A stretch of 24,810 nt of DNA from Candidatus Fraserbacteria bacterium (GTDB lineage: Bacteria; Bipolaricaulota; Bipolaricaulia; RBG-16-55-9; JANLFV01), in assembly GCA_037446135.1 (NCBI GenBank), contig JBBIJD010000019.1, positions 1-24,810 on the forward strand. Direction: 5' to 3'. Below are positions 23,733 through 24,810 of this stretch, in pieces (the first letter of the stretch is position 1; each line of letters begins with the position of its first letter). Under the pieces are notes generated by a model. That model saw only the letters and a list, made by a program, of their open reading frames with translations. It did no database searches and was not told the DNA's origin. A program made the position numbers and the translations under genes.

Positions 23733-24226
23733 CAGGATCTAGCTCCCTCGCCACGAATCTTCTCTTGGAGCTTGATCAGCCCGGCGATGAGCGCCTCCGG
23801 TGTCGGCGGGCAGCCGGGGACATACACATCGACAGGGATGAGCAGATCGACCCCCTTGACGACGCTATAAGACTTCTGATAAGGACCGCCGTTGATGGCA
23901 CAGGCCCCCATAGCGATCACATATTTCGGGTCAGCCATCTGCTCATAGAGGGTCTTAATGCGGGGGGCCATCCGCTTGCAGACCGTCCCGGCTACGATCA
24001 TCAGGTCGGCCTGGCGAGGTGAGGGGCGAAAGACCTCGCTCCCGAACCGGGCCATATCGAACCGCGAGGCTTGGGTGGCCATCATCTCCAGGGCACAGCA
24101 GGCCAGCCCGAAGGTCATCGGCCAGAGCGAGTTGCTCCGCCCCCAGCGCAAGAGCCCCTCGAGCCTCATCAAGAGGAGGCCCCCCCGGCCGTCCTTCGCG
24201 CGTTCTGCTAGCCCTAGCGGAGCCAC
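23732..24226 (-). CDS. nuoB: Complex I-like [4Fe-4S] N2 subunit B
   Basis: [52 protein letters not shown]. Probable GTG start at 24226 after GAAGGAGG, inside the end of nuoA. Confidence 0.94.
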   Translation of the reverse strand: MAPLGLAERAKDGRGGLLLMRLEGLLRWGRSNSLWPMTFGLACCALEMMATQASRFDMARFGSEVFRPSPRQADLMIVAGTVCKRMAPRIKTLYEQMADPKYVIAMGACAINGGPYQKSYSVVKGVDLLIPVDVYVPGCPPTPEALIAGLIKLQEKIRGEGARS

Positions 24227-24579
24227 TCGAGCAGCCCCTCCTTCCAGGCATAGGCCCAGCCGAGGAGCAAGAGCCCGATGAAGGCGGCCATCCCGATCTG
24301 GGCCGATGGGCCGAGGTGACGGAGCTCGACGGCCCAAGGGATGAGAAAGATGATCGCGACCTCGAGGATGAGAAAGAGCAGCACATAGAGGTAGTATTTC
24401 AGTTCGATGGGGCGATTGGGACTGTGGGCCGATCGCTCGCCGCACTCGTAGGTCTCCAGCTTCTCCGGGGTAGGACGGGGCGGGCTGAGCCGCCGGCTCA
24501 GGAAGATGCTCCCTGCCGCGAAGGCGACGCTGAAGCAAGCGAGGATTACCAACGGCAGGTAGCCTGCGAGATCTGTCAT
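24214..24579 (-). CDS. nuoA: Complex I-like subunit A
   Basis: [45 protein letters not shown] 24579 after GGTGAG. Confidence 0.95.
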   Translation of the reverse strand: MTDLAGYLPLVILACFSVAFAAGSIFLSRRLSPPRPTPEKLETYECGERSAHSPNRPIELKYYLYVLLFLILEVAIIFLIPWAVELRHLGPSAQIGMAAFIGLLLLGWAYAWKEGLLEWLR

Positions 24580-24622
24580 CTTCTCACCCGAGCGATGGAG
24601 CCATTCATCGTTCAGTTCCGAG

Positions 24623-24651
24623 ATTCTAATTGGGGGCCGGAGGCCTGTCAA
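24623..24651 (-). promoter_or_regulatory. sigma70 promoter of the nuo-like operon
   Basis: Minus strand: TTGACA (24651-24646), 17 bp, TAGAAT (24628-24623). Confidence 0.8.
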
Positions 24652-24670
24652 GTGAGGCCCGAGCCCCGGG

Positions 24671-24810
24671 TCAGCCAACCCGATGCCGGCTCACCCATTT
24701 GGTGACCGCGGGACTGACCCAACGCAAGAGGTGGAAAGGCGAGCCGGCCTTATCGTTCGTCCCGCTCCAGCCGTCCCCGCCGAACCACTGCCGCCCGACC
24801 ATCGCCCCGG
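24671..24810 (-). CDS. pruA: 3' end (partial) of L-glutamate gamma-semialdehyde / 1-pyrroline-5-carboxylate dehydrogenase, PruA/ALDH4 type
   Basis: Hand translation of the minus strand from 24808: GAMVGRQWFGGDGWSGTNDKAGSPFHLLRWVSPAVTKWVSRHRVG*. This matches the ALDH4/PruA C-terminal signature GA-V-G-Q-x-FGG-x3-SGTNDKAGS-x3-LLRW-x-SP. The gene runs off the window edge and is absent from the ORF track. Confidence 0.8.
   Translation of the reverse strand, partial: GAMVGRQWFGGDGWSGTNDKAGSPFHLLRWVSPAVTKWVSRHRVG

Noticed and set aside
22066..24226. Interpretation as a group 4 [NiFe]-hydrogenase or an Mrp antiporter
   Set aside because: The large subunit lacks both CxxC Ni-binding motifs, NuoB has the adjacent CC of complex I, and NuoA/J/K/H are present.
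24227..24538. Long N-terminal extension of NuoB (similar track extensions exist for NuoA, NuoD and NuoJ1)
   Set aside because: These are off-frame read-backs through the upstream gene or promoter. SD-supported starts exist at 24226, 24579, 23208 and 20547.
24668..24748. Nested inverted repeats (GGGTCAG/CTGACCC, TCACC/GGTGA, GCCGGCTC/GAGCCGGC) suggesting a riboswitch or ncRNA upstream of nuoA
   Set aside because: The region lies upstream of the nuo promoter and is explained by the coding 3' end of the P5C dehydrogenase. Short GC stems arise by chance here.

Overview
High-GC, very compact bacterial DNA. smpB marks it as bacterial; the style is loosely reminiscent of Candidatus Bipolaricaulota/Acetothermia, but that is only an impression. 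From left to right: (1) a two-gene unit encoding a Pol-beta/MNT-fold nucleotidyltransferase-like protein with a degenerate metal motif and a TPM-domain membrane protein with a Gly/Phe-rich tail; (2) a tightly coupled 7-gene MoxR AAA+/DUF58/vWA membrane module (1823-11926); (3) a PLP-dependent class I/II aminotransferase divergent from lemA, with both promoters sharing one -35 site; (4) smpB divergent from a YjjX-type ITP/XTPase; (5) a minus-strand complex I-like operon, nuoA-B-C-D-H-I-J1-J2-K-L-M-N, that lacks nuoEFG, has a split nuoJ and a NuoD ending in DLVMGCVDR, an Fpo-like architecture typical of archaea; (6) the 3' end of a PruA-type P5C dehydrogenase at the right edge, which the ORF track missed. 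Several near-consensus sigma70 promoters can be read directly. I saw no RNA genes, CRISPR arrays or mobile elements. The best candidates for something new are the NTase-like/TPM/LemA set bracketing the MoxR-vWA module, and the headless archaeal-style complex I.
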